Shown: one piece after another, positions 15,001 through 27,000 of the stretch | Layout: each line of letters starts with the position of its first letter | Position numbering within the stretch: the first letter of the stretch is position 1 | The notes under the pieces: generated by a model | Databases searched by the model: none | The model's input: only the letters and a program-made list of their open reading frames with translations | Told to the model about the DNA's origin: nothing | Source: Candidatus Marinacidobacterium sp. | GTDB lineage: Bacteria > Acidobacteriota > Vicinamibacteria > Marinacidobacterales > Marinacidobacteraceae | Direction of reading: 5' to 3' | Length of the DNA: 64,000 bases | Assembly: GCA_965204755.1 (NCBI GenBank) | Contig: OZ242011.1 | Coordinates: 3,520,001 to 3,584,000, forward strand | Program-made: the position numbers and the translations under genes

Positions 15001-18000
15001 CGTGGGGGCGGCGGCCGGTACGGGCGCGGTCGCCGGAGACTTCACGCTGAGCAGCAACGCGAAGTTGACCATTGCGGCGGGCGCGACGAGCAGCACGGGC
15101 ACGGTGACGATCACGGCGGTGGACAACACGGAGGACGAGGCGGACAAGAGCGTCACGGTGTCCGGGACGGCGGTGAACTCCCAGGGGATCACGCAGCCGT
15201 CGAATGTGACGCTGACGATCACGGACGACGACGATCCGCCCTCGCTCTCCATCGCTTCGCCGAGCGTTGCGGAGGGGGACAGCGGTTCGGCGACCCTGAC
15301 CTTCACGGTGTCGCTGGATGCGGCGAGCGGCAAGGAGGTCACGGTGGACTACGCGGAGGGCACGGGCGGTACGGCGACGAGCGGGACGGACTACACGGCG
15401 CTGCCGGCGGGGACGCTGACCTTCACGGCGGGGGACACGAGCGAGACGATCACGGTGTCGGTCCGGGGCGACGCGACGGACGAGCCGAACGAGACCGTGT
15501 TGGTCACGCTGAGCGGCGCGGTGAACGCGACGATCGGGACGGCGTCGGGGACCGGGACGATCACGGACGACGACGCGACGCCGACGGTGACGCTGGCGCT
15601 GTCGCCGAGTTCCATCTCGGAGAGCGGGACGACGAACAGCGCGACGGTGACGGCTTCGTTGAACCGGGCGTCGAGCCAACAGACGACCATCACCGTGGGG
15701 GCGGCGGCGGGCGCGGGCGCGGTGGCGGGGGACTTCTCGCTGAGCAGCAACCCGGAGTTGACGATCGCGGCGGGCGCCACGAGGAGCACGGGGACGGTGA
15801 CGGTCACGGCGGTGGACAACACCGAGGATGAGGCGGACAAGAGCGTCACGGTGTCGGGAACGGCGGTGAATACGCAGGGGATCACCCAGCCTTCGAGCGT
15901 GGCGCTGACGATCACGGACGACGACGGGGAGCCTTCGCTGTCCATCGGTTCGGCGAGCGTTACCGAGGGCGACAGCGGTTCGGTGAACCTCGAGTTCACG
16001 GTGTCGCTGAGCCCGGCGAGCGGGAAGCAGGTAACGGTGGACTACGCGGAGGGTACGGGGGGCACGGCGACGAGCGGTACGGACTACACGGCGCCGAGCG
16101 CGGGGACGCTGACCTTCACGGCGGGGGACACCAGCGAGACGATCACGGTTTCGGTAACCGGGGACACGACGGACGAGCCGAACGAGACGGTGGTGGTGTC
16201 GCTGAGCGGGGCGGTGAACGCGACGATCGGGACGGCTGACGGGACGGGGACGATCACGGACGACGACGACTCACCGACGGTGACGCTGTTGCTGTCGCCG
16301 AGTTCCATCTCGGAGAGCGGCGCGACGAACCGCGCGACGGTTACGGCCTCCCTGGACCACGCGTCGAGCGAGCAGACGACGATCACGGTGGGAGCGGCGG
16401 CGGGCGCGGGCGCCGTGTCGGGTGACTTCACGCTGAGCAGCAACACGAAGTTGACGATCGCGGCGGGGGCGACGAGCAGCGCGGGGACGGTGACGGTCAC
16501 CGCGGTGGACAACACGGAGGACGAGGCGGACAAGAGCGTCACGGTGTCGGGGACGGCGGTGAACACCCAGGGGATCACGCAGCCTTCGAGCGTGGCGCTG
16601 ACGATCACGGACGACGACGGCGAGCCGTCGCTGTCCATCGGTTCGGCGAGCGTGAACGAGGGCGACAGCGGTTCGGTGAACCTCGAGTTCACGGTGTCGC
16701 TGAACGCGGCGAGCGGCCGGGAGGTGACCGTGGACTACGCGGAGGGTACGGGGGGCACGGCGACGGGCGGGACGGACTACACGGCGCTGCCGGCGGGGAC
16801 GCTGACCTTCACGGCGGGGGACACCACCGAGACGATCACCGTGTCGGTAACCGGGGATGCGACGGACGAGCCGGACGAGACGGTGGTGGTGTCGCTGAGC
16901 GGGGCGGTGAACGCGACGATCGGGACGGCGTCGGGGACGGGGACGATCACGGACGACGACGATGCGCCGACGGTGACGCTGGCGCTGTCCTCGAGTTCCA
17001 TCGGCGAGAGCGGCGCGACGAACAGCACGACGGTCACGGCCTCCCTGGACCACGCGTCGAGCGAGCAGACGACGATCACGGTGGGAGCGGCGGCGGGCGC
17101 CGGCGCCGTGTCGGGTGACTTCACGCTGAGCAGCGACCCGGAGTTGACGATCGCCGCGGGCGCGACGAGGAGCACGGGGACGGTGACGGTTACGGCGGTG
17201 GACAACACGGAGGACGAGGCGGACAAGAGCGTCACGGTGTCGGGTACGGCGGTGAACACCCAGGGGATCACGCAGCCGTCGAGCGTGACGCTGACGATCA
17301 CGGACGACGACGGGGCGCCGTCTCTCTCCATCGGCTCGGCGAGCGTTACCGAGGGCGACAGCGGCCAAGCGAACCTGGTCTTCACGGTGTCGCTGAGCCC
17401 GGCGAGCGGCCGGGAGGTGACCGTGGACTACGCGGAGGGGACGGGCGGCACGGCGACGGGCGGTACGGACTACACGGCGCTGCCGGCGGGGACGCTGACC
17501 TTCACCGCGGGTGACACCAGCGAGACGATCACGGTTTCGGTAACCGGGGACGCGACGGACGAGCCGGACGAGACGGTGGTGGTGTCATTGAGCGGGGCGG
17601 TGAACGCGACGATCGGGACGGCGTCGGGGACGGGGACGATCACGGACGACGACGACGCGCCGACGGTGACGCTGTTGCTGTCGCCGAGTTCCATCTCGGA
17701 GAGCGGCGCGACGAACCGCGCGACGGTTACGGCCTCCCTGGACCACGCATCGAGCGAGCAGACGACGATCACGGTGGGGGCCGCGGCGGGAACGGGCGCG
17801 GAGGCCGGGGACTTCACGCTGAGCAGCGACCCGGAGTTGACGATCGCCGCGGGCGCGACGAGGAGCACGGGGACGGTGACGGTTACGGCGGTGGACAACA
17901 CGGAGGACGAGGCGGACAAGAGCGTCACGGTGTCGGGAACGGCGGTGAACACGCAGGGGATTACGCAGCCGTCGAATGTGACGCTGACGATCACGGACGA

Positions 18001-21000
18001 CGACGGCGAGCCGTCTCTGTCCATCGGTTCGGCGAGCGTTGCGGAAGGGGACAGCAGCACGGCGAACCTGGTCTTCACGGTGTCGCTGAACGCGGCGAGC
18101 GGCCGGGAGGTGACCGTGGACTACGCGGAGGGGACGGGCGGCACGGCGACGGGCGGGACGGACTACACGGCGCTGCCGGCGGGGACGCTGACCTTCACGG
18201 CGGGGGACACCAGCGAGACGATCACGGTTTCGGTTACCGGTGACACGACGGACGAGCCGGACGAGACTGTGGTGGTTACTCTGAGCGGGGCGGTGAACGC
18301 GACGATCGGGACGGCGTCGGGGACAGGGACGATCACGGACGACGACGACGCGCCGACGGTGACGCTGGCGCTGTCGCCGGGTTCCATCGGGGAGAGCGGG
18401 GCGACGAACCGCGCGACGGTTACGGCGTCGCTGGACCACGCGTCGAGCGAGGACACGACGATCACGGTGGCTGCGGCGGCGGGAACGGGCGCGGTGTCGG
18501 GGGACTTCACGCTGAGCAGCGACGCGAAGTTGACGATCGCCGCGGGAGCGACGAGCAGCACAGGGGCGGTGACGATCACGGCGGTGGACAACACGGAGGA
18601 CGAGGCGGACAAGAGCGTCACGGTGTCGGGGACGGCGGCGAACTCTCAAGGGATCACGCAGCCTTCGGATGTGACGCTGACGATCACGGACGACGACGGG
18701 GCGCCGTCGCTGTCCATCGGTTCGGCGAGCGTTGCGGAGGGGGACAGCGGTTCGGTGAACCTCGAGTTCACGGTGTCGCTGAACGCTGCGAGCGGCCGGG
18801 AGGTCACCGTGGACTACGCGGAGGGGACGGGCGGTACGGCGACGAGCGGTACGGACTACACGGCGTTGAGCGCGGGGACGCTGACCTTCACGGCGGGGGA
18901 CACCAGCGAGACGATCACGGTTTCGGTAACCGGGGACACGACGGACGAGCCGAACGAGACGGTGGTGGTGTCGCTGAGCGCGGCGGCGAACGCGACGATC
19001 GGGACGGCTGACGGGACGGGGACGATCACGGACGACGACGACTCACCGACGGTGACGCTGTTGCTGTCGCCGAGTTCCATCTCGGAGAGCGGCGCGACGA
19101 ACCGCGCGACGGTTACGGCGTCGCTGGACCACGCGTCGAGCGAGGACACGACGATCACGGTGGCTGCGGCGGCGGGAACGGGCGCGGTGTCGGGGGACTT
19201 CACGCTGAGCAGCGACCCGAAGTTGACGATCGCCGCGGGAGCGACGAGCAGCACCGGGGCGGTGACGATCACGGCGGTGGACAACACCGAGGATGAGGCG
19301 GACAAGAGCGTCACGGTTTCGGGGACGGCGGTGAACACCCAGGGGATCACGCAGCCGTCGAGCGTGACGCTGACGATCACGGACGACGACGGGGAGCCGT
19401 CGCTGTCCATCGGCTCCACGAGCGTTACGGAGGGGAACAGCGGCCAGGCGAACCTGGTCTTCACGGTTACCTTGAGCGCGGCGAGCGGCCGGGAGGTGAC
19501 CGTGGACTACGCGGAGGGGACGGGCGGCACGGCGACGAGCGGTACGGACTACACGGCGCTGCCGGCGGGGACGCTGACCTTCACGGCGGGGGACACCAGC
19601 GAGACGATCACGGTTTCGGTTACCGGTGACACGACGGACGAGCCGAACGAGACGGTGGTGGTGTCGCTGAGCGGCGCGGTGAACGCGACGATCGGGACGG
19701 CGGACGGGACGGGGACGATCACGGACGACGACGACGCGCCGACGGTGACGCTGGCGCTGTCGCGGACCTCCATCGCGGAGAGCGGCGCAACGAACAGCAC
19801 GACGGTTACGGCGTCCTTGGACCACGCATCGAGCGCGGACACGACGATCACGGTGGGGGTCGCGGCGGGGACGGGCGCGGAGGCGACGGACTTCTCGCTG
19901 AGCAGCAATACGAAGTTGACCATCGCGGCGGGAACGACGAGCAGCACGGGGACGGTGACCATCACGGCGGTGGACAACACCGAGGACGAGGCGGACAAGA
20001 GCGTCACGGTGTCGGGGACGGCGACGAACACCCAAGGGATCACGAAGCCTTCGGATGTGACGCTGACGATCACGGACGACGACGGGGAGCCTTCGCTGTC
20101 CATCGGTTCGGCGAGCGTGAACGAGGGCGACAGCGGTTCGGTGAACCTCGAGTTCACGGTGTCGCTGAACGCTGCGAGCGGCCGGGAGGTCACCGTGGAC
20201 TACGCGGAGGGGACGGGCGGTACGGCGACGAGCGGTACGGACTACACGGCGTTGAGCGCGGGGACGCTGACCTTCACGGCGGGGGACACCACCGAGACGA
20301 TCACCGTGTCGGTAACCGGGGATGCGACGGACGAGCCGAACGAGACGGTGGTGGTGTCATTGAGCGGGGCGGTGAACGCGACGATCTCGACGGCGTCGGG
20401 GACGGGGACGATCACGGACGACGACGATGCGCCGACGGTGACGCTGTTGCTGTCGCCGAGTTCCATCTCGGAGAGCGGCGCGACGAACCGCGCGACGGTT
20501 ACGGCCTCCCTGGACCACGCATCGAGCGAGCAGACGACGATCACGGTGGGGGCCGCGGCGGGAACGGGCGCGGAGGCCGGGGACTTCACGCTGAGCAGCG
20601 ACCCGAAGTTGACGATCGCCGCGGGCGCGACGAGGAGCACGGGGACGGTGACGGTTACGGCGGTGGACAACACGGAGGACGAGGCGGACAAGAGCGTCAC
20701 GGTGTCGGGTACGGCGGTGAACACGCAAGGGATCACACAGCCTTCGAGCGTGACGCTGACGATCACGGACGACGACGGGGAGCCGTCGCTGTCCATCGGT
20801 TCGGCGAGCGTTGCGGAGGGGGACAGCAGCACGGCGAACCTGGTGTTCACGGTGTCGCTGAACGCGGCGAGCGGCCGGGAGGTCACCGTGGACTACGCGG
20901 AGGGGACGGGGGGCACGGCGACGAGCGGGACGGACTACACGGCGCTGCCGGCGGGGACGCTGACCTTCACGGCGGGGGACACCAGCGAGACGATCACGGT

Positions 21001-24000
21001 TTCGGTTACCGGTGACACGACGGACGAGCCGGACGAGACTGTGGTCGTTACTCTGAGCGGGGCGGTGAACGCGACGATCGGGACGGCGTCGGAGACAGGG
21101 ACGATCACGGACGACGACGACGCGCCGACGGTGACGCTGTTGCTGTCGCCGAGTTCCATCTCGGAGAGCGGGGCGACGAACCGCGCGACGGTTACGGCCT
21201 CCCTGGACCACGCGTCGAGCGAGCAGACGACGATCACGGTGGGGGCCGCGGCGGGAACGGGCGCGGAGGCCGGGGACTTCACGCTGAGCAGCGACCCCGA
21301 GTTGACGATCGCGGCGGGAGCGACGACCAGCACGGGGACGGTGACCGTCACGGCCGTGGACAACACGGAGGACGAGGCGGACAAGAGCGTCACGGTGTCG
21401 GGGACGGCGGCGAACTCCCAGGGGATCACGCAGCCGGCGAATGTGACGCTGACGATCACGGACGACGACGGGGAGCCGTCGCTGTCCATCGGTTCGGCGA
21501 GCGTTGCGGAGGGGGACAGCAGCACGGCGAACCTGGTCTTCACGGTGTCGCTGAACGCGGCGAGCGGCCGGGAGGTGACCGTGGACTATGCGGAGGGGAC
21601 GGGGGGCACGGCGACGGGCGGGACGGACTACACGGCGCTGATGGCGGGGACCCTGACCTTCACCGCGGGTGACACCAGCGAGACGATCACGGTATCGGTT
21701 ACCGGTGACACGACCGACGAGCCGGACGAGACGGTGGTGGTGTCGCTGAGCGGGGCGGTGAACGCGACGATCGGGACGGCGTCGGAGACAGGGACGATCA
21801 CGGACGACGACGACGCGCCGACGGTGACGCTGGCGCTGTCGCCGAGTTCCATCTCGGAGAGCGGGGCGACGAACAGCGCGACGGTCACGGCGTCCCTGGA
21901 CCGCGCGTCGAGCGAGGACACGACGATCACGGTGGCTGCGGCGGCGGGAACGGGCGCGGTGTCGGGGGACTTCTCTCTGAGCAGCGACCCCGAGTTGACG
22001 ATTGCGGCGGGGGCGACGAGCAGCGCGGGGACGGTGACGGTTACGGCGGTGGACAACACGGAGGACGAGGCGGACAAGAGCGTCACGGTGTCGGGGACGG
22101 CGGTGAACACGCAAGGGATTACACAGCCTTCGAGCGTGACGCTGACGATCACAGACGACGACGGGGAGCCGTCGCTGTCCATCGGCTCGGCGAGCGTGAA
22201 CGAGGGCGACAGCAGCACGGCGAACCTGGTGTTCACGGTGTCGCTGAACGCGGCGAGCGGCCGGGAGGTCACCGTGGACTACGCGGAGGGGACGGGGGGC
22301 ACGGCGACGGGCGGGACGGACTACACGGCGCTGATGGCGGGGACCCTGACCTTCACCGCGGGTGACACCAGCGAGACGATCACGGTATCGGTAACCGGTG
22401 ACACGACCGACGAGCCGGACGAGACGGTGGTGGTGTCGCTGAGCGGGGCGGTGAACGCGACGATCGGGACGGCGTCGGGGACAGGGACGATCACGGACGA
22501 CGACGACGCGCCGACGGTGACGCTGGCGCTGTCGCCGGGTTCCATCGGGGAGAGCGGGGCGACGAACCGCGCGACGGTTACGGCGTCGCTGGACCACGCG
22601 TCGAGCGAGGACACGACGATCACGGTGGCTGCGGCGGCGGGAACGGGCGCGGTGTCGGGGGACTTCACGCTGAGCAGCGACCCGAAGTTGACAATCGCGG
22701 CAGGGTCGACGAGCAGCACCGGGGCGGTGACGATCACGGCGGTGAACAACACCGAGGACGAGGCGGACAAGAGCGTCACGGTTTCGGGCACGGCGGTGAA
22801 CACGCAAGGGATCACGCAGCCGTCGAGCGTGACGCTGACGATCACGGACGACGACGGGGAGCCTTCGCTGTCCATCGGTTCGGCGAGCGTGAACGAGGGC
22901 GACAGCGGTTCGGTGAACCTCGAGTTCACGGTGTCGCTGAACGCGGCGAGCGGCAAGGAGGTGACCGTGGACTATGCCGAGGGAACCGGGAGCACGGCGA
23001 CGAGCGGTACGGACTACACGGCGCTGCCGGCGGGGACGCTGACCTTCACGGCGGGGGACACCAGCGAGACGATCATGGTGTCGGTAACCGGGGACACGAC
23101 GGACGAGCCGGACGAGACGGTGGTGGTGTCGCTGAGCGGGGCGGCGAACGCGACGATCGGGACGGCGGACGGGACGGGGACGATCACGGACGACGACGAC
23201 GCGCCGACGGTGACGCTGTTGCTGTCGCCGAGTTCCATCGCGGAGAGCGGCGCGACGAACCGCGCGACGGTTACGGTGTCCCTGGACCACGCGTCGAGCG
23301 AGCAGACGACGATCACGGTGGGGGCGGCGGCGGGCGCCGGCGCCGTGTCGGGTGACTTCACGCTGAGCAGCAACGCGAAGTTGACCGTTGCCGCGGGAGC
23401 GACGAGCAGCACCGGGACGGTGACGATCACGGCAGTGGACAACGCCGAGGACGAGGCGGACAAGAGCGTCACCGTGTCGGGCGCGGCGGCGAACACCCAG
23501 GGGATCACCCAGCCGGCGAATGTGACGCTGACGATCACGGACGACGACGCGGAGCCGTCGCTGTCCATCGGTTCGGCGAGCGTTGCGGAGGGGGACAGCA
23601 GCACGGCGGACCTGGACTTCACGGTGACCCTGGACGCCGCGAGCGGCAAGGTGGTGACGGTGGACTACGCCGAGGGGACGGGGGGCACGGCGACGGGCGG
23701 CGCGGACTACACCGCGCTGACCGCGGGGACCCTGACCTTCACCGCGGGAGACACGAGCGAGACCATCACCGTGTCGGTAACCGGGGACACGACGGACGAG
23801 CCGAACGAGACGGTGGTGGTGTCGCTGAGCGGCGCGGCGAACGCCACGATCGGGACGGCGGACGGGACGGGGACGATCACGGACGACGACGACACGCCGA
23901 CGGTTACGCTGGCGCTGTCGCGAACCTCCATCCCGGAGAGCGGGGCGACGAATTCCAGCGCCGTTACGGCGTCGCTCGATCGGCCGTCGAGCGAGCAGAC

Positions 24001-27000
24001 GACCATCACCGTGTCGGCGGCGGCGGGGACCGGCGCGGTGGCGGCGGACTTCACGCTGAGCGCCGACCCGAAGTTGACGATCGCGGCGGGCGCGACGAGC
24101 AGCACGGGGACGGTGACGATCACCGCGGAGGACAATGGCGAGGACGAAGCGGACAAGAGCGTCACGGTGTCGGGTGCGGCGACGAACTCCCACGGCATAA
24201 CCGATCCGTCCGCCGTAACCTTGACGATCACGGACGAGGACGATCCGCCCTCGCTGTCCATCGGCTCGGCGAGCGTGGACGAGGGGGACAGCGGCTCGGC
24301 GAACCTGGTCTTCACGGTGACCCTCGACGCGGCGAGCGGCAAGGAGGTGACCGTGGACTACGCCGAGGGGACGGGGGGCACGGCGACGAGCGGGACGGAC
24401 TACACCGCGCTGACGGCGGGAGCGCTGACCTTCACCGCGGGAGACACCAGCGAAACGATCACGGTGTCGGTAACCGGGGACGCGACGGACGAACCGGACG
24501 AGACCGTGTTCGTGGAGTTGAGCGGGGCGGAGAACGCGACGATCGCGACCGCGTCGGCAACGGGGACGATCACGGACGACGACGACTCACCGACGGTGAC
24601 GCTGGCGCTCTCCCCGGCCAGCATCGCAGAGAGCGGGACGGCGAACTCCACGACGATTACGGCGTCCCTCGACCATCCTTCGAGCGAGCAGACCACCATC
24701 ACGGTGTCGGCGGCGGCGGGCGCGGGCGCGGAGGCGTCGGACTTCACGCTGGGCAGCAACGCGAAGTTGACGATCGCGGCCGGCGCGACCACCAGCACCG
24801 GGACGGTCACCATCACGGCGGTGGACAACACCGAAGACGAGGCGGACAAGAGCGTCACGGTGTCCGGCTCGGCGGAGAACACCCAGGGGATCACCCAACC
24901 GTCGGCGGTGACCCTGACCATCACGGACGACGACGGCGCGCCGTCGCTCTCCATCGGTTCGGCGACCGTCACGGAGGGCGACAGCGGCTCGACGAACCTC
25001 ACCTTCACCGTGACGCTGAGTCCGGCGAGCGGTAGGGAAGTAACGGTGGAATACGCGGACGCGGCGAGCGGGACGGCCACGAGCGGGGCGGACTACACCG
25101 CGCTGACGGCGGGGACGCTGACCTTCACGGCGGGTGACACCAGCGAGACGATCACCGTGTCGGTCAGGGGGGACACGACGGACGAATCGGACGAGACGGT
25201 GGTCGTGGAGTTGAGCAACGCCGTGAACGCGACCATCGGGACGGGGACCGGGACGGGGACGATCACGGACGACGACGACGGGCCGTCACTCTCCATCGAT
25301 TCCCCGAGCGTCACGGAGACGGACGGGAGCACGGCGGACCTGACCTATACGGTAACGATGGACCAGGCGAGTTCGCAGGAGGTCACCGTGGCTTACGCGG
25401 AGGGCGCCGGAGGAACGGCCGCCTCGGGAACGGACTACACGCCGCTCGCTTCGGGGACGCTGACTTTCGGGCCGGGCGCAACGAGCCGGACGATCACGGT
25501 TTCGGTCACCGGGGACACGGCGGACGAACCGAACGAGACGGTGGTGGTAACGCTGAGCGCGCCGACGAACGCGGTGATCGGGACGGGGACCGGAACCGGG
25601 ACGATCACCGACGACGATGTCCCCCTGCTCTCGATCGGTTCCCCGAGCGCGGCGGAGGGGAACGCCGGTTCGTCGAACCTCGCCTTCACGGTTACGCTGG
25701 ATCGGCCGAGTTGGCAGCAGGTGAGCGTGGCCTACGCCGACGCCGGAACCGGGACGGCGACCTCCGGGACGGACTACGCGGCGCTCGCTCCGGGAACCCT
25801 GACCTTCGCCGCGGGGGAAACCGGCAAGACCGTCGCGGTTTCGATTACGGGGGACACGACGGCGGAAGCCAACGAAACCGTCCGGGTGACGCTGAGCGGG
25901 GCGGTGAACGCGGCGATCGGGACGGCGACCGGGACCGGGACGATCCGGAACGACGACGCGCCGGTCCTCTCGATCGATTCGCCGCGGGTGGACGAGGGGG
26001 ACAGCGGCCAGGCGAACCTGGTCTTCACCGTGTCGCTGACCCCGGCGGCTTCGCAGCAGGTAACCGTGGCCTACGCGGACGCCGGGACGGGGACGGCGAC
26101 TTCGGGAACCGACTACGCCGCGCTGGCCGCCGGGACGCTCTCCTTCGCGCCGGGCGATACCGGTCGGCAGGTCACGGTTTCGGTAACCGGGGACACCGCT
26201 GCCGAAACCGACGAAACCGTGGTCGTGAGCCTCTCCGGCGCCTCGGGGGCGGCGATCGTGATGGGGACGGGGACCGGGACGATCCGGGACGACGATTCCC
26301 TGCCGGTCCTCTCGATCGACTCCCCGAGCGTCACCGAAGGGGACGCAGGCTCGACGGCGCTGACTTTCACCGTGTCACTGAGCCGGGCGAGCGCCCAGCC
26401 GGTGCAGGTGGACTACGCGGACGCCGGAACCGGGACGGCGACGGCGGGTTCGGACTACACCGCGCTTTCCGCGGGAACGGCGACCTTCCCGGCGGGCGAG
26501 ACCCGCAGGAGGATCACGGTTCCGGTAGTCGGGGATACGGAAGCGGAGGGGAACGAGACCGTGCGGGTGACGCTGAGCGGGGCGGTGAACGCCACGATCG
26601 GCGCCGCGACGGGGATCGGGACGATCGTCGGCGACGACGCGCCGACGGTGGATACCGAGCCGGAGCCGGAGCCCGAGCCCGAACCCGAGCCGGAGCCGGA
26701 GCCGGAGCCGGAACCGTCGGGGCCGCCCACCGTCTCCATAGATTCGCCGCGGGTGGTGGAGCCGGACGAGGGGACCGCGGACCTGGTCTTCACCGTGTCG
26801 CTTTCCGCGCCGGCGCCGCGCGAGGTTACGGTCGGCTATCGGGTGCTGGACACCGGGACGGCCGGCCCGTCCGACTATGTCGCGCCGGGGCCGGGGACCC
26901 TGACTTTCCCGCCGGGGGACGCCGCGCGGCGGATCCCGGTCCCGGTGATCGGGGACACCGCGGCGGAAGAAGACGAGACGATCGTGGTGGAACTGAGCGA

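Noticed and set aside
13157-24937. CRISPR-like or invertible-cassette (shufflon) array
   Set aside because: The repeats are direct, in-frame and coding, with no unique spacers, inverted sites, cas genes or recombinase.
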